The notes: generated by a model not told the origin, from the letters alone. A stretch of DNA of 64,000 nucleotides from an uncultured bacterium (GCA_963705505.1 CAVPJU010000010.1:128001-192000), one strand, 5' to 3'. Shown: positions 30,839-43,997, counted from the stretch's first letter. A program made the numbers and translations.

Positions 30839-31555
30839 ATGCGGCCCGACGGCAGAGACTGGGACGAGCTCCGTCCCGTAAAAATAACGAGAGGAATAAT
30901 GAAATACGCTGAGGGATCGGCCCTCATTGAGACAGGAGAGACCAAAGTCCTGTGCACGGCGACGATTGAAGACAGGGTGCCGCCGTTCCTGAAAGATACG
31001 GGCAGGGGATGGGTGACGGCGGAATACTCGATGCTCCCGCGCTCGACAAAGGAGAGGATAACGAGGGACAGCGTAAGGGGGAGGATAGGCGGGAGGTCCC
31101 ACGAGATACAGAGGATAATCGGCAGGGCGCTCAGGTCCGTGATTGACCTCGATAAGCTCGGCGAAAGGTCGATCACGATTGACTGCGACGTGCTCCAGGC
31201 CGACGGCGGTACGAGGACGGCGGCTATCACCGGGGCCTTCGTCGCGCTTTCGGACGCGGTACTCAATCTCATAAGGGAAGGCGCTATAGAGGAGAACCCC
31301 ATCCTCGATTTCATCGCCGCCGTAAGCGTCGGCATCATAGGGGGCAAGCCCGCGCTCGACCTCAACTACGAGGAGGACTCGAAGGCTGAGGTCGACATGA
31401 ACGTCGCTATGACGGGGTCCGGACTTCTGGTAGAGGTGCAGGGTACGGCGGAAGGGAAGCCGTTCTCGAAAAGGAAGCTCAATTCCCTCTTAACGATGGC
31501 GGAAAAAGGCATATCCGAGCTTATCGGCAAGCAAAAAGAAATCCTCGCCGAATGA
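30839..31555 (+). CDS. rph: Ribonuclease PH
   Basis: [54 protein letters not shown]. Confidence 0.97.
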   Translation: MRPDGRDWDELRPVKITRGIMKYAEGSALIETGETKVLCTATIEDRVPPFLKDTGRGWVTAEYSMLPRSTKERITRDSVRGRIGGRSHEIQRIIGRALRSVIDLDKLGERSITIDCDVLQADGGTRTAAITGAFVALSDAVLNLIREGAIEENPILDFIAAVSVGIIGGKPALDLNYEEDSKAEVDMNVAMTGSGLLVEVQGTAEGKPFSKRKLNSLLTMAEKGISELIGKQKEILAE

Positions 31556-31574
31556 TCTTCATCCGGGCCTGACC

Positions 31575-32162
31575 ATGATAGAAGAGATAGTGCTCGCTAC
31601 GGGCAATAAGGGGAAGATAAGGGAGTTCACCGGGCTCCTCGAAGGCGCATTCGGGAAAATTGTTTCTCTTAACGATCTCGAATCGCCCCCAGAAGTAATT
31701 GAAGATGGCAAGACTTTCAAAGAGAACGCGCTAAAAAAGGCACGCGCGATAGCCGTTTATTCGGGCATACCCGCCCTCGCCGACGATTCCGGCCTCGAGG
31801 TCGAGGCTCTCGGGGGGAGGCCCGGGGTGTATTCGGCACGGTACGCGGGGGAGGGAGCGACGGACAGGGACAATATCAATAAGCTACTCCTTGAGCTTCG
31901 CGGCGTCGAGAACAGTAAGGCGAGGTTCGTATGCGTTCTCGCGCTTGTCACTCCGGAGGGAAAAGAGATCGTCGCCGAGGGAAGCTGCGAAGGAGTCATA
32001 CTGACTGAGCCCCGAGGGGAAGGCGGATTCGGATACGACCCGGTTTTCTATCTTCCGGAATTCGGCAAGACCATGGCGGAAATCCCACCCACGCTCAAAA
32101 ACAGGATAAGCCACAGGGCCCGCGCCGCGGAGTCCCTGATCGGACGCCTGCGGGAAATATAG
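31575..32162 (+). CDS. rdgB: Non-canonical purine NTP pyrophosphatase
   Basis: ATGNKGK, ADDSGLEV.AL.G.PGVYSARY, GFGYDPVF, KNRISHR; follows rph. Confidence 0.96.
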   Translation: MIEEIVLATGNKGKIREFTGLLEGAFGKIVSLNDLESPPEVIEDGKTFKENALKKARAIAVYSGIPALADDSGLEVEALGGRPGVYSARYAGEGATDRDNINKLLLELRGVENSKARFVCVLALVTPEGKEIVAEGSCEGVILTEPRGEGGFGYDPVFYLPEFGKTMAEIPPTLKNRISHRARAAESLIGRLREI

Positions 32163-32203
32163 GGTTAATGCTTCTTAGCCGGTATTACCTTTCACCGGGC
32201 CGC

Positions 32204-32983
32204 TCATTCAATGCTTTTGATACCCGTGAATACGGCTATCGGGAAAGTGAAGATCAATCTGTCATTTTCGCGACGGGCGTTAATTCCTAAATTATTAACA
32301 CCTATATCGGAATTGATCATATCCAGGATTTTTTCCCTATCTGAAGAGGTGTGGGACGATGCGTCGAGCAATGATTCCACTTCCGTATGTAGTCCGTAGC
32401 CGCTCCTTTTGAGACCCGTTAGCCCCGAAAGACCGAACATTCCGGCAAATTCCGATTCCGTCAGCGCGTGCACGTGAGAGTCGTCCCGCAATTTCTCCAT
32501 GCGGTCGTACTCGCCCGAGTGTTCCTCCCTCACGCAGACATCCGCAACCAGAACCCGCCCGCCGGGACTGCAGACGCGTATCATCTCCCGGAGAGCCTTC
32601 GCTGGTTCAAGGAAATGGTGGAAGCTGTAACGGGTAATGACGAGCGAGAAAGCACCGTCCTCAAAGGGAAGGGGATTCGCGTTCCCGCAAACCCACTCCA
32701 CGTTCCCGAGGTTCTTCTGCTTCTGGAGACCCCGCGCCTTCTCGATCATCGCTTCCGTAATGTCTATACCAGTTACGTGAGAGGCGTGCCGGGCGAATTC
32801 GCAGGCGACGAGCCCCGGCCCGCACGCCACGTCGAGGACCGTGTCACCGTTATGCACTCCGGACATCTCCACAAGCATATCCATCGCGTCCATATGAATA
32901 TCTAATTCGGCGAACGGAATCGCCTGTTTTGAGAACTGGTCTACGATCTTCGACAGATGGCGTTTCTCTATATCGCCGCTCAT
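32204..32983 (-). CDS. Class I SAM-dependent methyltransferase (UbiE-like)
   Basis: VLDVACGPG, LPFEDGAFSLV..RYSFHHF, PGGRV. Confidence 0.88.
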   Translation of the reverse strand: MSGDIEKRHLSKIVDQFSKQAIPFAELDIHMDAMDMLVEMSGVHNGDTVLDVACGPGLVACEFARHASHVTGIDITEAMIEKARGLQKQKNLGNVEWVCGNANPLPFEDGAFSLVITRYSFHHFLEPAKALREMIRVCSPGGRVLVADVCVREEHSGEYDRMEKLRDDSHVHALTESEFAGMFGLSGLTGLKRSGYGLHTEVESLLDASSHTSSDREKILDMINSDIGVNNLGINARRENDRLIFTFPIAVFTGIKSIE

Positions 32984-33238
32984 GTATTCCTCCCACCCGG
33001 TTTAACCTACATGCAGACACGATATTGTAAACAGCTGATTTTGAAAGATCGGGCTATCTATATTCGTTATGAAAATCGGAAATTGCCACATAAATTGCTG
33101 CCCGTTACTGTACTTATAATCGCTAAAAAAATTTGTATTCCAGGGTCTTGCAAGATTTCTCTCTTTTGAATATATTAATAAAGACCTAGACGGTCCCGCC
33201 TTAATTTTTTCGAAATCGCTCTCTGAGGTCAATATTAG

Positions 33239-35220
<1,982 letters not shown>

Positions 35221-35322
35221 CCGTTATCTATAGTTGTCCCGCTCGCCGGTTAATGTACCCCCGATATTGAATTTTCCCCGGATTTTTGTAATACTCACCC
35301 GCTTAATTAGAATACTAGCACC

Positions 35323-37332
35323 ATGACCCCATCGAGATTCCCCACGCAAAACGAGGTAGTCCTGTTCAGAAAACGCAAGGAGCCTTCGCTCGGCATATTC
35401 GTCCGTGCACTCGGCGACAAGTTCACATTATTTTCGGAAGAGGGCAGGGAGATTGAGGTCGACCCCGACAAGGTCGCTTTCGTGAGCGGCACAAGGATCG
35501 AAGGCGAATTCACGGCTTCGGAAAAAAAGCTCAGGCTCAGGGACTTGAGGAGAGACCTCGACGAAGAAAAACAGAATATAGACCTCTTGACAATATGGGA
35601 GTGCTACGAAGGGGGTGAGGAAGAGGTGCCGTTCGGCGAGCTCTCGGCGCTCTATTTCGGCGAAAAAGGCGTTTCCGACCGGGAGAAGCTCGCTCTATTC
35701 TGGGCCGTGGACAAGGACGATGTCTATTTCAGAAGGGGAGAAGAGGGATACTCGCCGAGGACATCCGAGGAAGCCAAGGAGATAATCAAAAAGAAGGAAG
35801 CCGAAGAGAAGAGGAAAGAGGAGCGTGAAAATGCGCTCTATTGGGCAAAAGGGGTGCTCGCCGGAAAAGCGCCCGCAGCCGGGGAAGTTAAGGAGACCGC
35901 TCCGGTGATAGAGCTCCTGAGAGGCTATATTACATACCTCGATAAATTCAGCCGCTCTCCGGAGGCGAAATCGTTCCTGTCCGAGATAGGCATAAAGGAT
36001 GTCGAAGGCGCAATCGAGTTCCTCATGAAAGCGGGAGCCTGGGGTGAGGATGAAGACCCGATACTGAAGAGGTTCTCGATACGAGACGATTTCCCCGAAG
36101 GGGTGGAGGTCGAGACCGATGCCATGATCGCGGAAAAACTGTCCTCGGAAGGTTATGAGGATTTGACACACCTGGAAATATTCTCGATCGATGATGAAAA
36201 TACGGAAGATATAGACGACGCAATATCCGTAACGGAGACCCCCGAAGGCACGGAGGTGGGAATACATATCTCGAACGTCGCAGCCGTCGTGCCCAAATGG
36301 AGCGAATCGGACGACGAGGCCGGGAGGCGCGGCGAGACGATATATCTTCCTGAAAAGCGGATACACATGTTCCCCCCCCGCCTCATAAAAGAGAAGCTGA
36401 GCCTCGTCGAGGGCAAAGAGCGCGCCTCGCTCTCGCTACTCCTGCTGTTCGGCGAAGATAACAACATCAAAAGCCAGAGATTCACGAACTCGATCATAAG
36501 GGTGAGGAAAAATATGAGCTACACCCAGGGGAGCGATTTCTTCCTTAACGACCGGGGAGGGATGAGGCTGAGAGAGATAGCGCAGAGGCTCAGGAATAAA
36601 AGACTCGAAGCGGGCGCGCTCATAGTCCAGCTCCCCCAATTGAAAATCAGGGTAAACGGGGAAGGGCGGATCAAAATAGAGAAGAATTACATGAACTCCG
36701 TAGCCCATGTCGTCGTAGCCGAGATGATGATACTCATGAACAGGATGGCCGGGAGGTTCCTCAAAGAAAGGAGGTCCCCGGGAATCTACCGTTCCCAGCC
36801 CGAGCCCGTCCCTGATGACGCGAGGTCGCTCGATGAGAATGACCCGCTTTACCCGGTGCGCATAATCAGGTTTCTGAGGGCGCCCAGGGTGGGGCTCAGC
36901 CCCGAGCCGCATCAATCCCTGGGACTCGACGTCTATACGCAGGTTACGTCCCCGATAAGGAGATACCCTGACCTCATCATGCAGAGGCAGATAGTCTCAG
37001 AGCTCGTCAACGGGGAGGCCGCTTATTCCGAGGAGGAGCTCGAGAACCTATATCCCAGGATCGAGGTTGGGATACGCGACAAGAGGACCGTAGAGAAGCA
37101 GAGGGAGAGATACTGGATCTATAAGCACCTGAGGTCGCTCGAAGGGACTCGGATAGATGGGGTCATAAGCTCCCTCACCGACACGAGGGCGAATATATAC
37201 CTGCCCGACTACCTCTTCGAAGCCTCCGTTAGCCTGGGCTCGGATAAGATCCGGGAAGAAGGGGGGGCAATAAAGCTCTTTATCCGGAAGGTAGACCCAC
37301 TCAGAAAAATACTTACTTTAACACCGGCTTAA
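35323..37332 (+). CDS. RNB-domain exoribonuclease (RNase II/R family)
   Basis: FSIDDENTEDIDDAIS catalytic motif, ETIYLP....MFP, YTQVTSPIRRYPDL. Confidence 0.9.
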   Translation: MTPSRFPTQNEVVLFRKRKEPSLGIFVRALGDKFTLFSEEGREIEVDPDKVAFVSGTRIEGEFTASEKKLRLRDLRRDLDEEKQNIDLLTIWECYEGGEEEVPFGELSALYFGEKGVSDREKLALFWAVDKDDVYFRRGEEGYSPRTSEEAKEIIKKKEAEEKRKEERENALYWAKGVLAGKAPAAGEVKETAPVIELLRGYITYLDKFSRSPEAKSFLSEIGIKDVEGAIEFLMKAGAWGEDEDPILKRFSIRDDFPEGVEVETDAMIAEKLSSEGYEDLTHLEIFSIDDENTEDIDDAISVTETPEGTEVGIHISNVAAVVPKWSESDDEAGRRGETIYLPEKRIHMFPPRLIKEKLSLVEGKERASLSLLLLFGEDNNIKSQRFTNSIIRVRKNMSYTQGSDFFLNDRGGMRLREIAQRLRNKRLEAGALIVQLPQLKIRVNGEGRIKIEKNYMNSVAHVVVAEMMILMNRMAGRFLKERRSPGIYRSQPEPVPDDARSLDENDPLYPVRIIRFLRAPRVGLSPEPHQSLGLDVYTQVTSPIRRYPDLIMQRQIVSELVNGEAAYSEEELENLYPRIEVGIRDKRTVEKQRERYWIYKHLRSLEGTRIDGVISSLTDTRANIYLPDYLFEASVSLGSDKIREEGGAIKLFIRKVDPLRKILTLTPA

Positions 37333-37368
37333 TAAGAAAAGAATATGAAGCATTACTTTAAGTTAATT

Positions 37369-38802
37369 TCAGCGGTTCTCGCCGCTCTTTGCAGCCTTGT
37401 CCTTAGCCTTTAGGGCCTCGAGCATCTCTTCTACGCTCGTATATTTGACCCTCGGCCTCCCGTGCGCTTTCCCCATCTCGACCTCAAGCTCGTTAAGCCT
37501 GAGCCAGTCCCCGTATGTGACGTACCGGGGCTCGGCCCCCCTTATGAACCTCTCGACACTCTCGGCGTCAGGGCTCTCCGGGTCGTTTATGCGGCCGCTC
37601 TTCACGTCCTCGACAATGCACCCGACGGTCTCCCCGGAGTCCTGCTTATTCGTGCCTATCACCCCCGTAGGCCCCCTCTTTATCCAGCCGGTGGCATAGA
37701 GACCCGTAACATGCTCAGCCGTCGCGGGATCGATGACGCGCCCCTTCTCGTTCTGTATAACCCCCCACCTCTCGTGGAAGGGCACACCCGGAAGCGGCAC
37801 ACCCTGATACCCTATAGACCTGAACACGAGCCCTGCCTTGAGCTCCTCATGCTCCCCTGTCGGCCTCGAGCGTATGCTCCCGTCCTCCGCCCTGTAAAGC
37901 TCGTTCCTCGCGAGCTTTACCCCCGAGACGCAGCCGTGCTCGTCCCCCAGTATCTCAACGGGTGATACGAGGAATCTGATGTGGAGCCTCTTATTCTTCG
38001 TGTGGGTTTTCGGGTCGGAAAACGATTTCAGAATTTCGAGCTTGTTTATCGCCGTCTGGTCCTTGTTCGTCCCGATCGCTTCGAGCGTGAACTCGTCGTG
38101 CTCGACCTCGTGGGGGAGAGTGACCGCATGGGCGTCCGCGAGCTTGCCGAGCTCCCTCACCTCGGGGTTAGTGAACGCGGCCTGAAGAGGGCCCCTCCTG
38201 CCGAGGAGGTAGACGTCACGCACCCGGCTCTTGGCGAGCGCTTCGAGAGCATAATCCGCAATGTCCGTTTCACTTAACTCCTTCGGCGTCCGGCAGAGTA
38301 TCCTGGCCACGTCTATAGCCACGTTGCCCACGCCTATGATAGCCACCCGCTCCTGCGTGAGGTCGAACTTTAAATGCCTGTAATCGGGGTGGCCGTTATA
38401 CCACGCGACGAACTCCGTCGCCGTGTGGCTCCCCTCGAGGTCTTCCCCGGGTATGCCCAGCCTTCTGTCCGTCTGCGCGCCCGTAGCGAATACTATCACG
38501 TGATAATGCCGTTTGAGGTCCTCGAGCGTAACGTGCTTTCCGAACTCCACGAGCCCGAAGAACCTGAACCCCGGGTGAGAGGCGATCTTGTCGTACACCT
38601 TCGTGACCGATTTGATTTTCTGGTGATCCGGGGCGACACCCGACCTTACAAGTCCGTGCGGGGTGGGGAGCCTGTCGAACATATCCACTTCGAATTGGCA
38701 TTCGCCCTGCTTCAGCATGTGCTCCGCCGTATAAAAGCCCGCGGGGCCCGAGCCTATAATGGCGGCCCTGATTACTCTCTTCTTGTCCTGGTTCATTTCC
38801 AT
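37369..38802 (-). CDS. Ferredoxin--NADP+ reductase (adrenodoxin reductase/FprA type)
   Basis: IIGSGPAGFY, GLVRSGVAPDH, WYNGHPD, IIGVGNVAIDVARIL, GWIKRGPTGVIGTN. Confidence 0.92.
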   Translation of the reverse strand: MEMNQDKKRVIRAAIIGSGPAGFYTAEHMLKQGECQFEVDMFDRLPTPHGLVRSGVAPDHQKIKSVTKVYDKIASHPGFRFFGLVEFGKHVTLEDLKRHYHVIVFATGAQTDRRLGIPGEDLEGSHTATEFVAWYNGHPDYRHLKFDLTQERVAIIGVGNVAIDVARILCRTPKELSETDIADYALEALAKSRVRDVYLLGRRGPLQAAFTNPEVRELGKLADAHAVTLPHEVEHDEFTLEAIGTNKDQTAINKLEILKSFSDPKTHTKNKRLHIRFLVSPVEILGDEHGCVSGVKLARNELYRAEDGSIRSRPTGEHEELKAGLVFRSIGYQGVPLPGVPFHERWGVIQNEKGRVIDPATAEHVTGLYATGWIKRGPTGVIGTNKQDSGETVGCIVEDVKSGRINDPESPDAESVERFIRGAEPRYVTYGDWLRLNELEVEMGKAHGRPRVKYTSVEEMLEALKAKDKAAKSGENR

Positions 38803-39147
38803 TATCTATGTCCTTATGTCGTTTGTATCCGGATTCACTTGCGAGGTTTCGGCGCGGCTCTGATTTCTTATTGACCCATTCGTTATCGGAAGTATATTTT
38901 TAGTCAGAAATTATGCATCCGGGTTTTTAACGAGTATTATAAATGAGGCAATAAATATACCAAAAAATCCCGCCCGGTGTATTTATTACAAAAAAACTTG
39001 TGTCAGCAAGCCGTTTAATTGCATGAGGCGCTTCCTGTTCGATGCTGCAATCAATAATTTTCGGTTAATTATATTACCGAATGCGGCTTTTAGTTGCATA
39101 ATAAATGATCGGGTGACTAATATGAATTACCGGGTCGGGGTTCTCAT

Positions 39148-41451
39148 ATGATTACCAAGAAGACAATAGACAGAGCCGATTTTCATCTGAAGATCGTCCA
39201 GGAAATAAGCGACCTGGTAAATAAATCCACGGGTCTCAACACCATTCTGAAAAAAGTGGTGAACAAGATAGCGGGCTCGCTCCATTTCGATGTGGTTTCC
39301 GTCTACATATGGGACAGGGATAAAAACGTGCTGTCGCTGCGGTCCACAAAAGGGCTTAACGTGGATCCGCTGCGGCACCCCATCACGCTGAGCCCTGATG
39401 AGGGTCTTACGGGGCTCGTATTCGAGACATCGAGACCCATAACCGTGATGCCCGCGTCCGAGCACCCCCGGTACAGGTATTTCCCGGAGATAGGCGAGGA
39501 GGAATACGAGAGCTACATAGGCGTCCCCATAATACTCCAGAATAAATGCATCGGGGTGCTGGTCGGCCAGACGAAGGACAAGAGGCTGATTAACCCCGCC
39601 GAGGAGACCCTGTTTCAGATAATCGCGTCGAGACTCGCCGGGCTCCTCGAAGTGGCCGACAGACTCGAGCGCCTGAAAACGCCGTCGATCGTCAAGCACG
39701 AGACGAGGACGTATCAGGGAAAGGGCGTATCCACGGGCGTCGCGATAGGGAACGTCTTCATATTCCGGGGGCTCTTCCAGCAGATGGGCGCCGGCAAGCT
39801 CACGCCGTCCAGTCCCAAGATAGAAAAAGAAAGGCTCAAGAAGGCGCTCGGGGAAGTCGAGGAAGACCTCCGCGACCTCATAAAAACCCTCGATTCCGAG
39901 GCGCTTTTATCTAAAGCCGAAATCGATATATTCAGGGCTCACCTGATGATACTCCAGGGCTCGACCCTCCGTAACGCGCTTTCCCAGAAGCTCAAGGATA
40001 AGAACATTCCCGCCGAGCTTGCGGTCATAGAGGGGATAGAAGCTATAGCGCAGCAGTTCGAGAGCCTGAGCGACAAGTATCTGCGGGAAAAGGCGCAGGA
40101 CTTCCGTGACATAGGCGAGAGGATCCTGCAGGACCTCGTCAAGCTCAAGAAAGGGCCGAGCGTCACGACAGAGCCCCGTGAGGGCTCGGTGCTCGTCGCA
40201 TACGACATAGGGCCGTCCTTCATATCGATGCTGTTTAAGAACAAGGTATCCGCGGTGGTGATAGAGAGGGGCGGAGAGACGTCCCACGCGGTCATCATAG
40301 CCAAGTCCCTCGGCATACCCGCGGTAGTGGGCATAGACAACATATGCAGCCTGCTTAAATCGGGCGAGAAGGTCATCGTCGACGGCAAGACCGGGTTCAT
40401 ATTTTCAAACCCCGACGAAAGCCTCATCGCAGAGTATCAGAACACCTACATCAAGCTCATGAAGGTGAGGGAGGTCATAGAGGAGGCGGGGAAAGAGAAT
40501 ACCGACAACAACGGACTCGGCGTAAAGATAACAGCGAACATCGGCTTCCCGATCGATGTACAGCTCGCGAAGCATTACGGCATAAAGGACGTGGGCCTCT
40601 TCCGCACGGAATTCGCCTTCAGCCAGTACTCCAAATGGCCGGGGGTAAAGGAGCAGGTGAGGATATACAACGACCTCGCGAAGGACTTCGAGGGATACGT
40701 CACGGTGAGGACGCTCGACATAGGCGGCGACAAGCTCCTCCCCTATTTCGAGTTCCCCAAGGAGGACAACCCGCTGCTGGGGCTCCGCGCTATACGGTTC
40801 TCGATGGAGTACCTCGACTTTTTCAAAGACCAGATAAAGGCGATACTCCTCGCGTTGAAGAGGGGGTACCGCTTCAGGATACTCCTGCCGATGATAACGA
40901 ACCTCTGGGAGGTGGAGACGGCGAAGGAGATAATAGAGCAGATGGCAGGCGAGACGGGCTTGTCCTCATCCGACATACCGCCGTTAGGCATAATGATGGA
41001 AGTGCCCGCCATCCTCTATCAGCTGGACGACTACAAGGACATGATAGATTTCATATCCGTTGGCACGAACGACCTCATTCAGTACATCCTCGCCGTGGAC
41101 AGGAACTCGAACGTGGTCGGGCACCTGTACTCCGGGTTCCACCCCGCAGTGCTCCGGGTGCTCGACGATATATATTACAAAACCAGACATTCGGGAATGG
41201 ACGTGTCCGTGTGCGGGGAGCTCGCCGGTACGCCATCCGGCGCGCTCGGCCTGATAGCGCTCGGGTACAAGCAGCTCAGCATTTCCCCCTCTCACGTCCC
41301 GTATATCAGGTTTCTCTGCAAGAAGGTGGACAAGTACATGCTCGGGACGGTCAGGCGGGACATCCTGAACATAAAGAAAAAGACGGACATAGAAAGGTAC
41401 CTGATCGAGGCTCTCGAGACCGTCGACCCCGCGCTCATTGAGATCGAATAG
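39148..41451 (+). CDS. ptsP: GAF-domain PEP-protein phosphotransferase (enzyme I-Ntr type)
   Basis: N-terminal GAF (EGLTGLV, HPRYRYFPEIGEE.Y.SYIGVPI), phospho-His GGETSHAVII, VGLFRTEF, SVGTNDL.QY, VCGELAG. Confidence 0.92.
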   Translation: MITKKTIDRADFHLKIVQEISDLVNKSTGLNTILKKVVNKIAGSLHFDVVSVYIWDRDKNVLSLRSTKGLNVDPLRHPITLSPDEGLTGLVFETSRPITVMPASEHPRYRYFPEIGEEEYESYIGVPIILQNKCIGVLVGQTKDKRLINPAEETLFQIIASRLAGLLEVADRLERLKTPSIVKHETRTYQGKGVSTGVAIGNVFIFRGLFQQMGAGKLTPSSPKIEKERLKKALGEVEEDLRDLIKTLDSEALLSKAEIDIFRAHLMILQGSTLRNALSQKLKDKNIPAELAVIEGIEAIAQQFESLSDKYLREKAQDFRDIGERILQDLVKLKKGPSVTTEPREGSVLVAYDIGPSFISMLFKNKVSAVVIERGGETSHAVIIAKSLGIPAVVGIDNICSLLKSGEKVIVDGKTGFIFSNPDESLIAEYQNTYIKLMKVREVIEEAGKENTDNNGLGVKITANIGFPIDVQLAKHYGIKDVGLFRTEFAFSQYSKWPGVKEQVRIYNDLAKDFEGYVTVRTLDIGGDKLLPYFEFPKEDNPLLGLRAIRFSMEYLDFFKDQIKAILLALKRGYRFRILLPMITNLWEVETAKEIIEQMAGETGLSSSDIPPLGIMMEVPAILYQLDDYKDMIDFISVGTNDLIQYILAVDRNSNVVGHLYSGFHPAVLRVLDDIYYKTRHSGMDVSVCGELAGTPSGALGLIALGYKQLSISPSHVPYIRFLCKKVDKYMLGTVRRDILNIKKKTDIERYLIEALETVDPALIEIE

Positions 41452-41512
41452 ATGAGCCGGCTCAAACTGACACTTTCAATTTCCGTTTACTGAGGTATTT
41501 TTTCTCCCTGCT

Positions 41513-42418
41513 ATGAAAATCGGAAAGATACATATAATCCTTTTCGTACTTACCGTGTTTACCACTTTCGCCACGGGCCTCTCGTTCGGGGGCACGATAC
41601 TGAGCGCGCTTGCGTTCTCGGGGGCGCTTCTGTTCATACTCGGGTCTCATGAGATGGGGCACTACTTTTACGGGAGGAAGTACGGCGTCGACATCACGCC
41701 CCCTTACTTCATCCCCGCGCCCCCGTTCATATCCCCCATAGGCACTTTCGGCGCGTTCATCAAGATAAAGTCGCCCATCTCGACAAAGAAAGCCCTTTTC
41801 GATATAGGCATCGCGGGCCCGCTCGCCGGCATAGTAGCCAGCATTCCGATACTGATAATAGGGATAAAGCTCTCGACAATCGTCGATGTGGCGAGCAAGC
41901 AGGGCGGGCAGGGGCTCATGCTCGGCTCACCCCTCATATTCACGTTCTTCTCAGGGATATTTTTCGGGAAAATACCCGAAGGCAAGGACCTCTTCCTCCA
42001 CCCCGTCGCTTTTGCAGGGTGGGTGGGGCTCTTCGTGACCGCCCTGAACCTCATACCCTCGGGGCAGCTGGACGGCGGTCATCTGGTCTATGCGCTCTTC
42101 TCGAAGAAGATACACAGGATAACGTCAGTCGTTATGATTGCGCTCCTCGTCGTCTTCGGCATAGGGACGGAGCCTCTATTCATGCTTTCCGAAAAGTACC
42201 TCGGGAGCGGCGCGTCGTCTTTTCTCAGCAGCCTGCCCGAATTCGAAGGGTGGCCCGGCTGGATACTCTGGGCCGTGCTGCTAACGCTCATGGGGACCAA
42301 GCACCCGCCCACTATACACGACGAAGGCGAGCTCGACAGCTCGAGGAAGCTCCTCGGCTTCATATCACTTCTCATATTCATAGGTTGTATTTCGCCCGTT
42401 CCGATCAGGCTCTCATAA
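41513..42418 (+). CDS. Site-2 protease family (M50) intramembrane metalloprotease
   Basis: HEMGH, FDIGIAGPLAG, LNLIPSGQLDGGH. Confidence 0.93.
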   Translation: MKIGKIHIILFVLTVFTTFATGLSFGGTILSALAFSGALLFILGSHEMGHYFYGRKYGVDITPPYFIPAPPFISPIGTFGAFIKIKSPISTKKALFDIGIAGPLAGIVASIPILIIGIKLSTIVDVASKQGGQGLMLGSPLIFTFFSGIFFGKIPEGKDLFLHPVAFAGWVGLFVTALNLIPSGQLDGGHLVYALFSKKIHRITSVVMIALLVVFGIGTEPLFMLSEKYLGSGASSFLSSLPEFEGWPGWILWAVLLTLMGTKHPPTIHDEGELDSSRKLLGFISLLIFIGCISPVPIRLS

Positions 42419-42651
42419 GGCTGTCGACGGGGAAAATAAGCGGCTCTCGGAGGGCTTTCCGGGACCTTTTTTCAGGACGGGATAAACTTTTATCGAAATT
42501 TTTTCGGAATATTGAAAAATTCCCGAGTTAAGGTAAGTTTAGTTGTCCGCAGAGACTCGCTTTTTGGACAAATATTCCTTGAAAAATTGATGTGGCTGTA
42601 AAGTAATAATAAAGAGCGTACAGGAAAGAGAGCGTACAAGGAGGAATTACC

Positions 42652-43956
42652 GTGGCAAAGGACACACTTAGCATAACGGACAATAGGACTGGTAAATCTT
42701 ACGAGATACCTATTGAGAACGATACCATCAGGGCAAACGACTTAAAACAGATAAAGGTTAAAGACGACGATTTCGGGATGATGAGCTATGACCCCGCTTT
42801 CGGCAATACGGCAGCCTGCATAAGCAAGGTTACGTTTATTGACGGCGACAAGGGTATTCTCCAGTACAGGGGCTATCCGATAGAGGAGCTGGCCGAGAAG
42901 AGCAATTTTCTCGAGGTCTCATACCTGCTCCTTCACGGTGAGCTGCCGACTAAAGCAGAATACGATCAGTGGGTTCACAACATTATCCATCACACGATAG
43001 TGCACGAAAATATAAAGAGGTTTATGGACGGCTTCCGCTATGACGCGCACCCGATGGGAATGCTCCTGGGTACTGTAGGGGCGCTTTCGACATTCTACCC
43101 CGAAGCGAAGGATATATTCAACAAGGAAGTCCGCGACATACAGGTGCACAGGCTTATCGCCAAGATGCCGACCATGGCGGCGTTCGCATACCGCCATCAC
43201 TTGGGTATGCCTTATGTCTATCCCGACAACGACCTCTCCTATACGGGGAATTTCCTCAACATGCTTTTTAAAATGACCGAGCTCAAATATAAGCCGAACC
43301 CGGCGATAGAAAGGGCTATAGACATATTGTTCATCCTCCACGCCGACCACGAGCAGAACTGCAGCGCGAGCGCCATGCGAAACGTCGGAAGCTCGCTTCC
43401 CGACCCGTATTCGGCGACTGCGGCGGCCATTGCCGCGCTCTACGGCCCCCTCCACGGAGGCGCCAACGAGGGCGTGCTCCAGATGCTCAAGGAGATAGGC
43501 TCCGTGAACAACATCCCCGAATACGTAAAGAAGGCCAAGACCGGCGAATTCAGGCTCATGGGCTTCGGACACCGCGTCTATAAGTCATACGACCCGAGGG
43601 CCAAGATAATAAAGGAAATCGCATACGACGTCTTCGAAGTCACCGGCAAGAACCCGCTCCTCGATATAGCGCTCGAGCTTGAGAAGATTGCGCTCGAAGA
43701 CGATTACTTCGTTAAGCGGAAACTCTACCCGAACGTGGACTTTTACTCCGGTCTCATATATCAGAGCATGGGGATACCGCTCGACATGTTCACAGTGCTT
43801 TTCGCTATCGGACGTACGCCGGGGTGGCTCGCTCAGTGGATCGAGCTGCTGGAAGACCCGGAGAGGAGGATCGCGCGTCCGAGGCAGATATATCTCGGCG
43901 AGATGGACCGCAAATACGTGCCCATCTCGGAAAGGGGCAAAAAGAAGAAGGCTTAA
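42652..43956 (+). CDS. gltA: Citrate synthase
   Basis: GTG start after AAGGAGG; IDGDKGILQYRGYPI, LHADHEQN, GPLHGGANE, LMGFGHRVY, YPNVDFYSG. Confidence 0.97.
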   Translation: MAKDTLSITDNRTGKSYEIPIENDTIRANDLKQIKVKDDDFGMMSYDPAFGNTAACISKVTFIDGDKGILQYRGYPIEELAEKSNFLEVSYLLLHGELPTKAEYDQWVHNIIHHTIVHENIKRFMDGFRYDAHPMGMLLGTVGALSTFYPEAKDIFNKEVRDIQVHRLIAKMPTMAAFAYRHHLGMPYVYPDNDLSYTGNFLNMLFKMTELKYKPNPAIERAIDILFILHADHEQNCSASAMRNVGSSLPDPYSATAAAIAALYGPLHGGANEGVLQMLKEIGSVNNIPEYVKKAKTGEFRLMGFGHRVYKSYDPRAKIIKEIAYDVFEVTGKNPLLDIALELEKIALEDDYFVKRKLYPNVDFYSGLIYQSMGIPLDMFTVLFAIGRTPGWLAQWIELLEDPERRIARPRQIYLGEMDRKYVPISERGKKKKA

Positions 43957-43997
43957 TCGAGAGCGCAAAAGGGAAGGGCAACCGCGCCCCCTGTTTA

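Noticed and set aside
40635..41441. Long alternative-frame and antisense ORFs (e.g. 40635-41441, 3207-3995, 7447-8295, 58020-58859)
   Set aside because: They overlap well-supported genes and have no recognisable motifs; typical shadow ORFs in moderately GC-rich DNA.
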